Part shown: in pieces, positions 47,312-55,131 of the stretch
Layout: every line of letters begins with the position of its first letter
How positions within the stretch are numbered: the first letter of the stretch is position 1
Source: a virus
Taxonomy: Duplodnaviria > Caudoviricetes
Length of the DNA stretch: 59,543 nucleotides
Strand: one strand, 5' to 3'
Virus record (IMG/VR): IMGVR_UViG_3300036846_000476
Span: 1 to 59,543 of that record
Translations under genes and position numbers: made by a program
The notes under the pieces: generated by a model
Told to the model about the DNA's origin: nothing
Databases searched by the model: none
Seen by the model: only the letters and a program-made list of their open reading frames with translations

Positions 47312-47327
47312 TTAGTACGCGTACTAA
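47312..47327. repeat. Motif A variant TTAGTACGCGTACTAA (still a perfect palindrome)
   Basis: Read directly; next to motif B-like 47297-47309. Confidence 0.93.
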
Positions 47328-47351
47328 CCAAACCAGAAAGGACGTACTCAG

Positions 47352-48551
47352 ATGGACATCACCCGTGCAAAAGAATACCTGCTGCGCACCCACCTCGCCG
47401 GTCTCGTAACCGGCGAGCGTCCGGGTGCAATCGTGATGGAGAGCCCGCCGGGCATCGGCAAGACCGAGGCCGAGTTCCAGTACTGCGAACAGTTATGTTT
47501 GGCGATCAACCAGCCGGTCGGGTTGGTGCAATTTATGTTAGCCACCATCACCTCGCCAGACGTTCGAGGTTTCATGATCCCGACCAAGAACCCGGCTGGA
47601 GGAATACCGTTGACGGTATTCTCCCAGCCACCGTGGTTCCCGGCGCGCATGAACGTGTTCGTCGTAGCACCCACAAACAATCCTCTTGATCCTGTCCAGT
47701 GGTACTCCGAGGGTGAGTGGGAGGGTGAGCTGCCCGAGGTCGGCGTCGTGTTCCTCGACGAGTGGGGCCAGGCGGACGAGGACGTTAAGAAGCCGGCAGC
47801 AGAATTGTTGTTGAACGGTAATGTGGGGACGTGGCGCCTGCCCAAGACGTGGCGTGTGAGTGCTGCGACGAACAGAGTCACAGACCGATCCGGCGTGATG
47901 CGCGAGCTGATGTTTGTGGTAAACCGCCGATCTTTGGTGAAGGTCGAGCCGAGGTTAGACCCTTGGTTGGGCTGGGTCGAGACGCAGCGCGAGCACAAGC
48001 GCCCGCACTACCTGACCGTCTCGTTCGCCCGCTCCCACCCAGGAGTAGTTTTTAGGGAAACTGTTCCTGATGGATCGGACCCGTTCTGCACCCCGAGATC
48101 ATTGGTCCGCATGGACAAAGATCTTAGGGCGATCCGCTCCGATGAAGATCGCATCGCCAACAAGATGCCGGACATGGACACCGATCCGCTGGCGCTCGAG
48201 GTGGCAGCGGGGTGCATCGGTAGTGGCAGTGCCGGGCAGTACATGGCGCACCTAAAGTACGCCGACCAGCTGCCGGACGTTGATGACATCATCAACGATC
48301 CTGAGGGCGCTAAGCTGCCACGCGGCCAGGACGGGCAGATGGTGTGCGCCTACATGCTCGTCGAGCATATCGGTGAAGACACGGCGGGGCCGTTCCTCAA
48401 ATACATATCCCGCATGCACAAGGACATGGGGATCATGGCGGTCACCACCATCAACGCGGACCCGAAACGTGCACGTTTCGTGTACCCCACACCGGAATAT
48501 AGAGAATATCAAAGGAAAAACAAAAACGTGCTGATCGCGGCCAACGGTTAG
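47352..48551 (+). CDS. MoxR/CbbQ-like AAA+ ATPase
   Basis: SPPGIGKT Walker A, VVFLDE Walker B, AATNR sensor, TPRS. Confidence 0.88.
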   Translation: MDITRAKEYLLRTHLAGLVTGERPGAIVMESPPGIGKTEAEFQYCEQLCLAINQPVGLVQFMLATITSPDVRGFMIPTKNPAGGIPLTVFSQPPWFPARMNVFVVAPTNNPLDPVQWYSEGEWEGELPEVGVVFLDEWGQADEDVKKPAAELLLNGNVGTWRLPKTWRVSAATNRVTDRSGVMRELMFVVNRRSLVKVEPRLDPWLGWVETQREHKRPHYLTVSFARSHPGVVFRETVPDGSDPFCTPRSLVRMDKDLRAIRSDEDRIANKMPDMDTDPLALEVAAGCIGSGSAGQYMAHLKYADQLPDVDDIINDPEGAKLPRGQDGQMVCAYMLVEHIGEDTAGPFLKYISRMHKDMGIMAVTTINADPKRARFVYPTPEYREYQRKNKNVLIAANG

Positions 48552-48559
48552 GAGGCGAG

Positions 48560-48826
48560 ATGGCCGAACCAAAATACACGCTGGTGCGTCACAGCGCCTG
48601 GACGGCGGCGGGGTTTGGACAGTTCGAGCATGCGGTCGAACTGTGCTCCGTCGAGCCCAAACAACTCACGGCGATAGCACGCGCCGGCGGGCTGATCTTC
48701 AACACCTACACCGAGGCGTCCGATCGCGAGGATGCCGAGAACTACCCGGAAGAGGTGAAGGGCCTCATACCCTACGCACGAGGCAAGTTTAAGATCGTGG
48801 GCAACCTCGATCTCTACATCCCTTAG
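48560..48826 (+). CDS. Hypothetical protein
   Basis: AGGAGG RBS. Confidence 0.75.
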   Translation: MAEPKYTLVRHSAWTAAGFGQFEHAVELCSVEPKQLTAIARAGGLIFNTYTEASDREDAENYPEEVKGLIPYARGKFKIVGNLDLYIP

Positions 48827-48838
48827 TACCAGTACTAA
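48823..48838. repeat. Motif A variant TTAGTACCAGTACTAA; supplies a stop codon
   Basis: Read directly. Confidence 0.93.
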
Positions 48839-48855
48839 CAGAAAGGACATAGTAC

Positions 48856-49776
48856 ATGAACGATGTATCTAACATTCCGATGAACGTCACCAGCACCGAC
48901 CTGGACAAGGCAATCCAGGAAGCGGCGCTCCTGGCCCACGTCAAGATCAGCGTGTGGGCGGGTACGCGTACCGATGCCAGCGTCCTCGAGCAGCTCAAGC
49001 AGCAGCACGGCGCAACCGGCGACGTGGGGCGGATGGTGAAGAACACAATGGCCGGCGCCGACGCTCCGTTGAAGGCGACCAACAGTGCATTCCAGGCGGT
49101 ACGAACGCACCACTACTCGTTGACCTTGCCCTGGGTCTCGGACCAGAACGCCAACCGACAAACTGGGCCTAGATTACTCCCGCACCACCTCTTTCAACGT
49201 TATCTCACAGAGATAGGTACGTTGAAGCGTGAGGCGATCGCCAAGCTCGACGAGTTCATGCCTGAGTATCCTTCGCTCGTACAACGAGCCAAGGCCAACC
49301 TCGGCGGCATGGCCGATGCGATCTATCCAAGCGAGGACGAGGTCCGAGCTTCCTTTAGAATACATCAAGATTTTGAACCAATACCGGACGGTACGGGTTT
49401 TCGGGGTCTACCCGAGAACGTGATCGAGCGGCTGTCGCATCACCTCAACCGCCGGCAGCAAAACCAGATCACCATCGCGACCGGTGCGATGTGGGACGAG
49501 GTGAAGGAGCGGGTCTCGCGGCTAGTCGACCGACTAGCCGACGAGGACAACAAGTTCAAGGAGGCGAGCGTGCGCAATGTACGGGAACTCGTAACCTTGC
49601 TGCCCGGGTGGAACATCACCAACGATCCGCGCGTGGTCGAAGTGACCAACGCTATCCAGACGATGCTCGATGGCGTGGAAGCGGTGGACCTACGTAAAGA
49701 TACTAAACTGCGCGCTGCCACCGCCAACGACGCCAAGAAGATCACGGATAAGTTAGCGAAGTGGGGGATCAAATAA
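48856..49776 (+). CDS. Helical partner of the AAA/vWA module (DUF3150-like)
   Basis: L.HVKISVW.G, TLPW, RLLP, YPS..EVR..F; located between AAA and vWA genes. Confidence 0.55.
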   Translation: MNDVSNIPMNVTSTDLDKAIQEAALLAHVKISVWAGTRTDASVLEQLKQQHGATGDVGRMVKNTMAGADAPLKATNSAFQAVRTHHYSLTLPWVSDQNANRQTGPRLLPHHLFQRYLTEIGTLKREAIAKLDEFMPEYPSLVQRAKANLGGMADAIYPSEDEVRASFRIHQDFEPIPDGTGFRGLPENVIERLSHHLNRRQQNQITIATGAMWDEVKERVSRLVDRLADEDNKFKEASVRNVRELVTLLPGWNITNDPRVVEVTNAIQTMLDGVEAVDLRKDTKLRAATANDAKKITDKLAKWGIK

Positions 49777-49796
49777 TATAACAGCTATAGGAAAGG

Positions 49797-51134
49797 ATGG
49801 ACAAAATGAGACAGCTACCAACACGCGTCGACCTGACGCCAGAGCAGGACGAAATGATGGTCGCGGCACGCGTCGCGTTCTACAAAGCCTGCCCGTTCTT
49901 CTGCAGCTTCTACTATGACCAGCTGCAAGAGTACCCCACACTCGGGGTACCGACCGCCGCCACAGATGGGCGGCGGGTGTTCATCAACCCGGAGTACGTG
50001 TTTAAGTTACGTATCCAGGAGATCGTGTTCGTCATCGCGCATGAAACCTACCATGCCGTGTGGCGCCACGTTATCCGCATGAAATACTACATGCGCGAGA
50101 AATTTATCGAGAGCCTGCCGTTCGATCCGGAGTTCTTCAACACCTGCGCGGATTACGTCATCAACGCCGATCTTCTTGACCTAAAAATAGGTCAAATGAA
50201 CCCGAACTGGTTGCACCACCCCGAGGTCAACGGCAGTGACCTTGTAGAAGAGGTCTACGTCAAGCTCTGGGTCGCACCGCCACCGCCACCTCCTGGTGGC
50301 GGTGGCCAGTGTGAGGGTGAGGGTGAGGGTGAAGGCGGTAGCGGCGGGGGTAGTACCGGTACTAACCCCAACCTCCCGAAGCCCAGCGTGTACGGAAAAG
50401 GATCGCGGCCAGACCACGATGCTAAAGACGGGCGGTTCGACGAGCTGCTGGAACCGTTTCGGGACCCCGTTAGTGGTAAGGAAGACATTAGCGACGAGGT
50501 GGTGTTTAAGGAGGCGGTTGCTCGCGCCGAGCAAGCGGCGAAGGCAGTGGGTAATATGCCAGGGAGCTTACAACGTCTCGTTGATCAGATCCTCGAACCG
50601 CAGGTGGACTGGAAGGAGCACGTCCGCATGCTCATTACAGGAAAGGTAGGTAACAGAAGGGAGACGTGGTTAAGGCCAAATCGTAGGAGATTGGTGCTCA
50701 ATCCGATCGTCATCATGCCGGGCAAGCAGGGTCACGGCTGCGAGCTGGTCGCGGTGTGGATCGACAACTCGGGATCGGTCGGTAAGAACGAATACAACGC
50801 GTTCTTTAGCGAGGTAGGCGGTATTATGAACGACGTGCGCCCCAAGCGCATGTTCGTCGGATGGTGCGATGCGAAGGTGCAGCGCACGGCCTGGGTCGAG
50901 TCGCTCGACGAGGTGTTCGACCGGTTCTACGAACCGACACCGGGCGGCGGCGGGACGAGCTTCATCCCACCGTTCGCGTATATGATCGAGCATGAGATCA
51001 ACCCCGAAACCCTAGTGTACCTGACCGATATGATGGGGCCGTTCCCCAGGCAGGCACCAGACTACCCGGTAGTTTGGTGTGCAAGTACAGCACATGTGGG
51101 ACCGTGGGGCGAGACGGTGAGGATCAGGGTGTGA
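49797..51134 (+). CDS. DUF2201-type metallopeptidase-vWA protein
   Basis: TAATDG, AHETYH (HExxH), DYVIN, MIDAS DNSGS, GGGT, YLTD. Confidence 0.88.
   Translation: MDKMRQLPTRVDLTPEQDEMMVAARVAFYKACPFFCSFYYDQLQEYPTLGVPTAATDGRRVFINPEYVFKLRIQEIVFVIAHETYHAVWRHVIRMKYYMREKFIESLPFDPEFFNTCADYVINADLLDLKIGQMNPNWLHHPEVNGSDLVEEVYVKLWVAPPPPPPGGGGQCEGEGEGEGGSGGGSTGTNPNLPKPSVYGKGSRPDHDAKDGRFDELLEPFRDPVSGKEDISDEVVFKEAVARAEQAAKAVGNMPGSLQRLVDQILEPQVDWKEHVRMLITGKVGNRRETWLRPNRRRLVLNPIVIMPGKQGHGCELVAVWIDNSGSVGKNEYNAFFSEVGGIMNDVRPKRMFVGWCDAKVQRTAWVESLDEVFDRFYEPTPGGGGTSFIPPFAYMIEHEINPETLVYLTDMMGPFPRQAPDYPVVWCASTAHVGPWGETVRIRV
50350..50365. repeat. Motif A variant GTAGTACCGGTACTAA in the Gly-rich linker (GSTGTN)
   Basis: Read directly. 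Confidence 0.93.
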
Positions 51135-51320
51135 GCCTCTACCGCATCACCACCCGCAATGGAAAGTTCTGCGGCGGGATCGTGACCAGCATAAACAAGG
51201 TAGGTCACGAGATCGTCGTCGAGACCGCGCCATGTTTTGGCTACATGCGCGGTTGGGGCATTAAGCGGGTACGCGAGAACTGTTTGCGCTACTCGAACAA
51301 AATAGAAAGGATGGACTGAC

Positions 51321-52124
51321 ATGCCAAATTGGGTTCCAAGTTCCAATCATATCGACGACTTCAAGCGAGCGATTGGTAGTTTGACCACCACCGCAATTGC
51401 GGTGGTGGAACAGGGGTTTCCGTTGACGGTCGAGGAAGTCGAGGCCTGCACGACCCCCGCAAAGGTACGGGGGTTGTACGACCAGATCAGGCAGCTTGGT
51501 TTCACCTCGGTGCAATCGACCAACAACATCACGATGGTGCTCGACCGCGAGCATGGTGCCTCGCGGGCCATCGGCGTTCGGGTGTTCCTGCCGCGACAGA
51601 TCTATTTCTCGTTTGAGGAACAGATACAGATACACCACGACATGGAGGTTCGCACGGTCAACAAGAACCGGTTGCCGTTCGACACCGGGGCGCTGCCATC
51701 CGAGAGGGTGGCGGCGCTGATCAAATGGGCGGAAGCTGCCGTGTATGAGCGGCGCCGGTGTGCTCTTACTGTGACGATGGTGACCAGCTATATCGACCGG
51801 CTTGGCGAGAGTATTTCGATTGCCAAGATGGTCGCGCGCTGGCCGGTGCTGCGTGCCGTCTGCCAGGCCGTTCAACCCGCCCAGTATGCACGCAAGGCCA
51901 GTACCTGGGGCGACCGGGTGCGCCAGCTGCCCGAGAACCTTAAACGCTGGGAGTGGCCGGTGTGGGGCGAGGAAGCCGAGTGGCGCATGACCCGGCGAAA
52001 GCGCATGATGATCGCAGAAGAGGTACTTCTGGCGGCGCTGACGATGACGCGCCCGACCTCAACAGCCGGTACCGTTCGAGCGGAAGTGTGCGCCTGGGAG
52101 AGACTCGACGGATTGGAGGTTTGA
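51321..52124 (+). CDS. Hypothetical protein
   Basis: GAAAGGATGGAC leader; 267 aa. Confidence 0.75.
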   Translation: MPNWVPSSNHIDDFKRAIGSLTTTAIAVVEQGFPLTVEEVEACTTPAKVRGLYDQIRQLGFTSVQSTNNITMVLDREHGASRAIGVRVFLPRQIYFSFEEQIQIHHDMEVRTVNKNRLPFDTGALPSERVAALIKWAEAAVYERRRCALTVTMVTSYIDRLGESISIAKMVARWPVLRAVCQAVQPAQYARKASTWGDRVRQLPENLKRWEWPVWGEEAEWRMTRRKRMMIAEEVLLAALTMTRPTSTAGTVRAEVCAWERLDGLEV

Positions 52125-52126
52125 CC

Positions 52127-52657
52127 GTGCCCCTCGATACCCTGACATGGTTGTTGCGCTGCGGCGAGCGTCACGCCCGCCGCGTCTTGTTGAAAGACGC
52201 GGCGGACCAGATGATGCCGTTCTATCATCTTGTTACCCCTGAGAAACAAGATGTCGTACTCGCCTGCGAGTGGGACAGCCTCGACGAGAAGCTGGCGGCG
52301 ATGGCAATCGCAAAACATACCGCGCACGATCTGCATGCCACGGCGGCGCTGTTTGTCACCGAGGCCTGGGTGGTTAAGAGGAAACTGGACGGTGTACCCA
52401 ACACAGAGTGGCACCGGCGCCGTTTTAAAGAGATGCTGCAAGATAATACGCCACCCATGGAGCACCCGGATCGGATCGAGGTGGTCGCGATGTTCGCCAC
52501 CGACGGCAAGGACACCCGATCCATAATTTTACAAACTATTAGAGATAAACCGGGAGGCAAAATCATCGCGCTCGTCAAGGACCTAAGCTACCAGGACGAC
52601 GACTACAAGCTAACCGGCCGGATGATCGACGGACTGATCGAGCATCCGGGAACGTGA
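52127..52657 (+). CDS. Hypothetical protein
   Basis: GGAGG RBS before GTG 52127; EAW...P..HPDRIEV motif. Confidence 0.7.
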   Translation: MPLDTLTWLLRCGERHARRVLLKDAADQMMPFYHLVTPEKQDVVLACEWDSLDEKLAAMAIAKHTAHDLHATAALFVTEAWVVKRKLDGVPNTEWHRRRFKEMLQDNTPPMEHPDRIEVVAMFATDGKDTRSIILQTIRDKPGGKIIALVKDLSYQDDDYKLTGRMIDGLIEHPGT

Positions 52658-52760
52658 GCGCAAATGAAAATCGACCCAACCACCGCAGGCCTGTGGGCGA
52701 CAGCCATCACGTTGGGGGTGTTGCTCTGGTTCTTCGGCTATCTCGGATAACCGTAGCGGT

Positions 52761-52789
52761 TTGACTTGTTTTTATAGCAGCGATAATCT
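52761..52789 (+). promoter_or_regulatory. Putative sigma70 promoter overlapped by motif B-like site (52773-52785)
   Basis: TTGACT-17 bp-TAATCT. Confidence 0.55.
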
Positions 52790-52802
52790 CCCCCGAGAAA
52801 CG

Positions 52803-52818
52803 TTAGTACCGGTACTAA
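52803..52818. repeat. Motif A (exact), operator position upstream of the XRE-like gene
   Basis: Read directly. Confidence 0.97.
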
Positions 52819-52837
52819 ACAACTCGGAGGACAGAGC

Positions 52838-53137
52838 ATGGCGGCAGTAGTGCATCTGCGACCGACCAGCCTGGCGGTCGCTCGGCGTGTCCAGAACTAC
52901 CGGTTCGAGGACGGCATCGACCCGGCGATGCAGGAACTCTGTGATCTAATAATCCAGAGCGGCCTGTCGATCCACGAGATCACCAAGCGGGTCAGGAGCG
53001 TCAGCAGCGGCCAAGTGAATACCGGCTGGGGTACCATCGACAACTGGCTGAGCGGCAAGACCAAACGCCCGCAGAATTTCACCATGACCTGGGTTGGGTA
53101 CGCGCTTGGCTTCGAGCGTGCGTGGAAGAAGATATAG
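52838..53137 (+). CDS. XRE/Cro-like HTH regulator
   Basis: GLSIHEI...GTIDNWLSGKTKRPQ..T...V..ALG; GGAGG RBS. Confidence 0.7.
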   Translation: MAAVVHLRPTSLAVARRVQNYRFEDGIDPAMQELCDLIIQSGLSIHEITKRVRSVSSGQVNTGWGTIDNWLSGKTKRPQNFTMTWVGYALGFERAWKKI

Positions 53138-53175
53138 GGCCAGAGAATTGGGCCTGGGTGGGAGGGTGGAATTAG

Positions 53176-53361
53176 ATGACAGATCTGTTGCGTGCCAGGA
53201 TCAACGAGAAAGCTTTTAGGGAATTGGTAGCAGGTCGCGTTGCCAAGCTCGAGACCCGCCACGGTGCCGAGCTGGCCGTCGAGGTGATCCTCGAAGATAT
53301 CGGTTGGTCTAAGATACTTATGGCAATCCATGATGCGATAGGTGAGAAAAAAGATGGGTGA
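53176..53361 (+). CDS. Hypothetical protein
   Basis: RBS and coupling. Confidence 0.55.
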   Translation: MTDLLRARINEKAFRELVAGRVAKLETRHGAELAVEVILEDIGWSKILMAIHDAIGEKKDG

Positions 53362-53662
53362 ACAACGCCGCCGCCAGTTCTATCGCCAAGAACTAACCCA
53401 ACGCCTCGGCGACGCGCCGGTCGAGGAAGCATACTACGCGAAGATGAATGCCGTTGCCCAGGCGATCGACCAGTTCTTTAATGGTGACACCAAGGGTCCC
53501 GATCGTGAGGTCGGCTTCGTGCTAATGGTGTTCCCCTATGGCGACTTCGAGGGGCGCGTCAACTACATGAGCAACGGTGCAGACCGGCAGGACGTGGTCA
53601 CGCTGATGAAGGAAATGATCGCACGGTTCGAGGGCCAACCCGAGGTGAAGGGTTCGGCATGA
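53354..53662 (+). CDS. Hypothetical phage protein
   Basis: GFVLMVFPYG...NYMSNGADR. Confidence 0.7.
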   Translation: MGEQRRRQFYRQELTQRLGDAPVEEAYYAKMNAVAQAIDQFFNGDTKGPDREVGFVLMVFPYGDFEGRVNYMSNGADRQDVVTLMKEMIARFEGQPEVKGSA

Positions 53663-53937
53663 ACCTACGTCACTACATGGGCTACATTGGGATGTTCACC
53701 CGCGATCAGGCCGAGGGTGCGATCCCCAACGGGGCGCGCATCGTGAAATCTTTCACCGAGGAACACGACGCGAACCCGGTCGGCACGCTGGGCACGGTTC
53801 TCGGTTCGATCGAGGCACCACCTGGGGTGACAGGATACCCGGACAAGTTCTTTTACTTTGTCGAGTGGGACCCGTCGCCGCGACTGGCGGTAGGCGTCAG
53901 GGCCGCTAAGATCGCGGAGGTAAAAGAAAACACATGA
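53659..53937 (+). CDS. Hypothetical protein
   Basis: ATGA coupling. Confidence 0.65.
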   Translation: MNLRHYMGYIGMFTRDQAEGAIPNGARIVKSFTEEHDANPVGTLGTVLGSIEAPPGVTGYPDKFFYFVEWDPSPRLAVGVRAAKIAEVKENT

Positions 53938-54167
53938 TCCCATTTATCGGTTGCCCACACTGTCGTGGCATCAGGTTCGTGGCGGGTCCGCGCGGCGGTG
54001 CCTCACAAAACGTCACCTGTTGCCACTGTTCGGCGCGGTATAACCTGGTGATCCCACCGCTCCCCGGTCCTCTTCTGTTGTTGGAGGAATTGAGCGCGCC
54101 GACTGGTGAGCGCGCCGAAGTCCGAGGCAGGGCTTACATCATTGAGTTGATCCCCGATGATGACTGA
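53934..54167 (+). CDS. Zn-ribbon protein
   Basis: CPHC...GPRGG...CCHC. Confidence 0.6.
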   Translation: MIPFIGCPHCRGIRFVAGPRGGASQNVTCCHCSARYNLVIPPLPGPLLLLEELSAPTGERAEVRGRAYIIELIPDDD

Positions 54168-54594
54168 GACGATCCCTACGCCGCTCTTGGTTGGACCAGC
54201 CGAGATCGCCGCGCTGCAGCAGCTGCGCGAGGCTGCAGCCAAGGCGCCGGTCAACATGACCGAGCTACAATTGGCCGGGTGGCGCAGCCGCTGCAAACGC
54301 CAGCACATACGCCAGATGAACACGCAGACGATCCAAATACCGTTCGCGTTCTTCGTCACCTTCTTGATCGAGACCCACCACCCCAACGGCAACACCACCC
54401 GGCACATGTCGATGTCGGTTAAGCGCGAGGGGCGCTTGCCCCATCCAGACGGGGTCTGGATGGTTGCCAAGGAGCTAGGGTTCATCGGTTCGCTCGAACA
54501 GTGCGACGCAGTCTACATAGAGAAGCTGAGCGACGGCGGCGACGCGGTCAACGTAGTGCAGATTATATCTGCACCCGAGGCAGGACGCGCATGA
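54157..54594 (+). CDS. Hypothetical phage protein
   Basis: RHMSMSV...LPHP. Confidence 0.7.
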   Translation: MMTETIPTPLLVGPAEIAALQQLREAAAKAPVNMTELQLAGWRSRCKRQHIRQMNTQTIQIPFAFFVTFLIETHHPNGNTTRHMSMSVKREGRLPHPDGVWMVAKELGFIGSLEQCDAVYIEKLSDGGDAVNVVQIISAPEAGRA

Positions 54595-54821
54595 AGCTGA
54601 CGCCCCAAGAACACCTTATCCTGCGCAGCTACCTTGCAACTGCTACGCTGCGCATCCAGGAGGAGTTCAGCAGCACGCACACACCGAACGAGTTCATACC
54701 GGAGTTTGTCGCCGCGTTGGTTTCGCTGGCACGTTCGATCTCGATAGACAGTATGGGTGCGAGCGAAGAGGAGTTCCTCGAGATCGTCAACACTGCTTTT
54801 GATGAGAGGCCCACCCATTAG
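54591..54821 (+). CDS. Hypothetical protein
   Basis: ATGA coupling; stop supplied by motif A. Confidence 0.6.
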   Translation: MKLTPQEHLILRSYLATATLRIQEEFSSTHTPNEFIPEFVAALVSLARSISIDSMGASEEEFLEIVNTAFDERPTH

Positions 54822-54833
54822 TACCGGTACTAA
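54818..54833. repeat. Motif A (exact); supplies a stop codon
   Basis: Read directly. Confidence 0.97.
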
Positions 54834-55050
54834 GGCCACCCTGTTGACGCTTTGGATTTTGGTAGCGCCCGCGTTCTGTGCGTGGGCCACGTTAAAATTA
54901 CGCTGGTCGTTCCGCGAGCAGTGCGAGGTCTGTGCGCTGGTCGGGATACTGATCGGTATGGGTGCAGCGATTGTGGTCAACCATGTTTTTTAACCCCAGG
55001 GAAAGGTCCACCGCCTTGCTCTGGGTAGGGCCGGGAGAGGGCCGGTCTGG

Positions 55051-55095
55051 AAGGGAGGGGGATGCACTTCGGGAGACGTGCGCCCCCTCCTTTTT
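55051..55095 (+). terminator. Probable terminator ending the early block
   Basis: GGAGGGGG...CCCCCTCC stem followed by a T run. Confidence 0.65.
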
Positions 55096-55131
55096 CTGGT
55101 GTAGTTTTTATAGGAGTGCTAATATCGAGCC

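Noticed and set aside
329-54833. Motif A as a CRISPR array, MITE/IS end or invertase site set
   Set aside because: Copies are kilobases apart without spacer periodicity, target duplications or a transposase; gene order across sites is coherent
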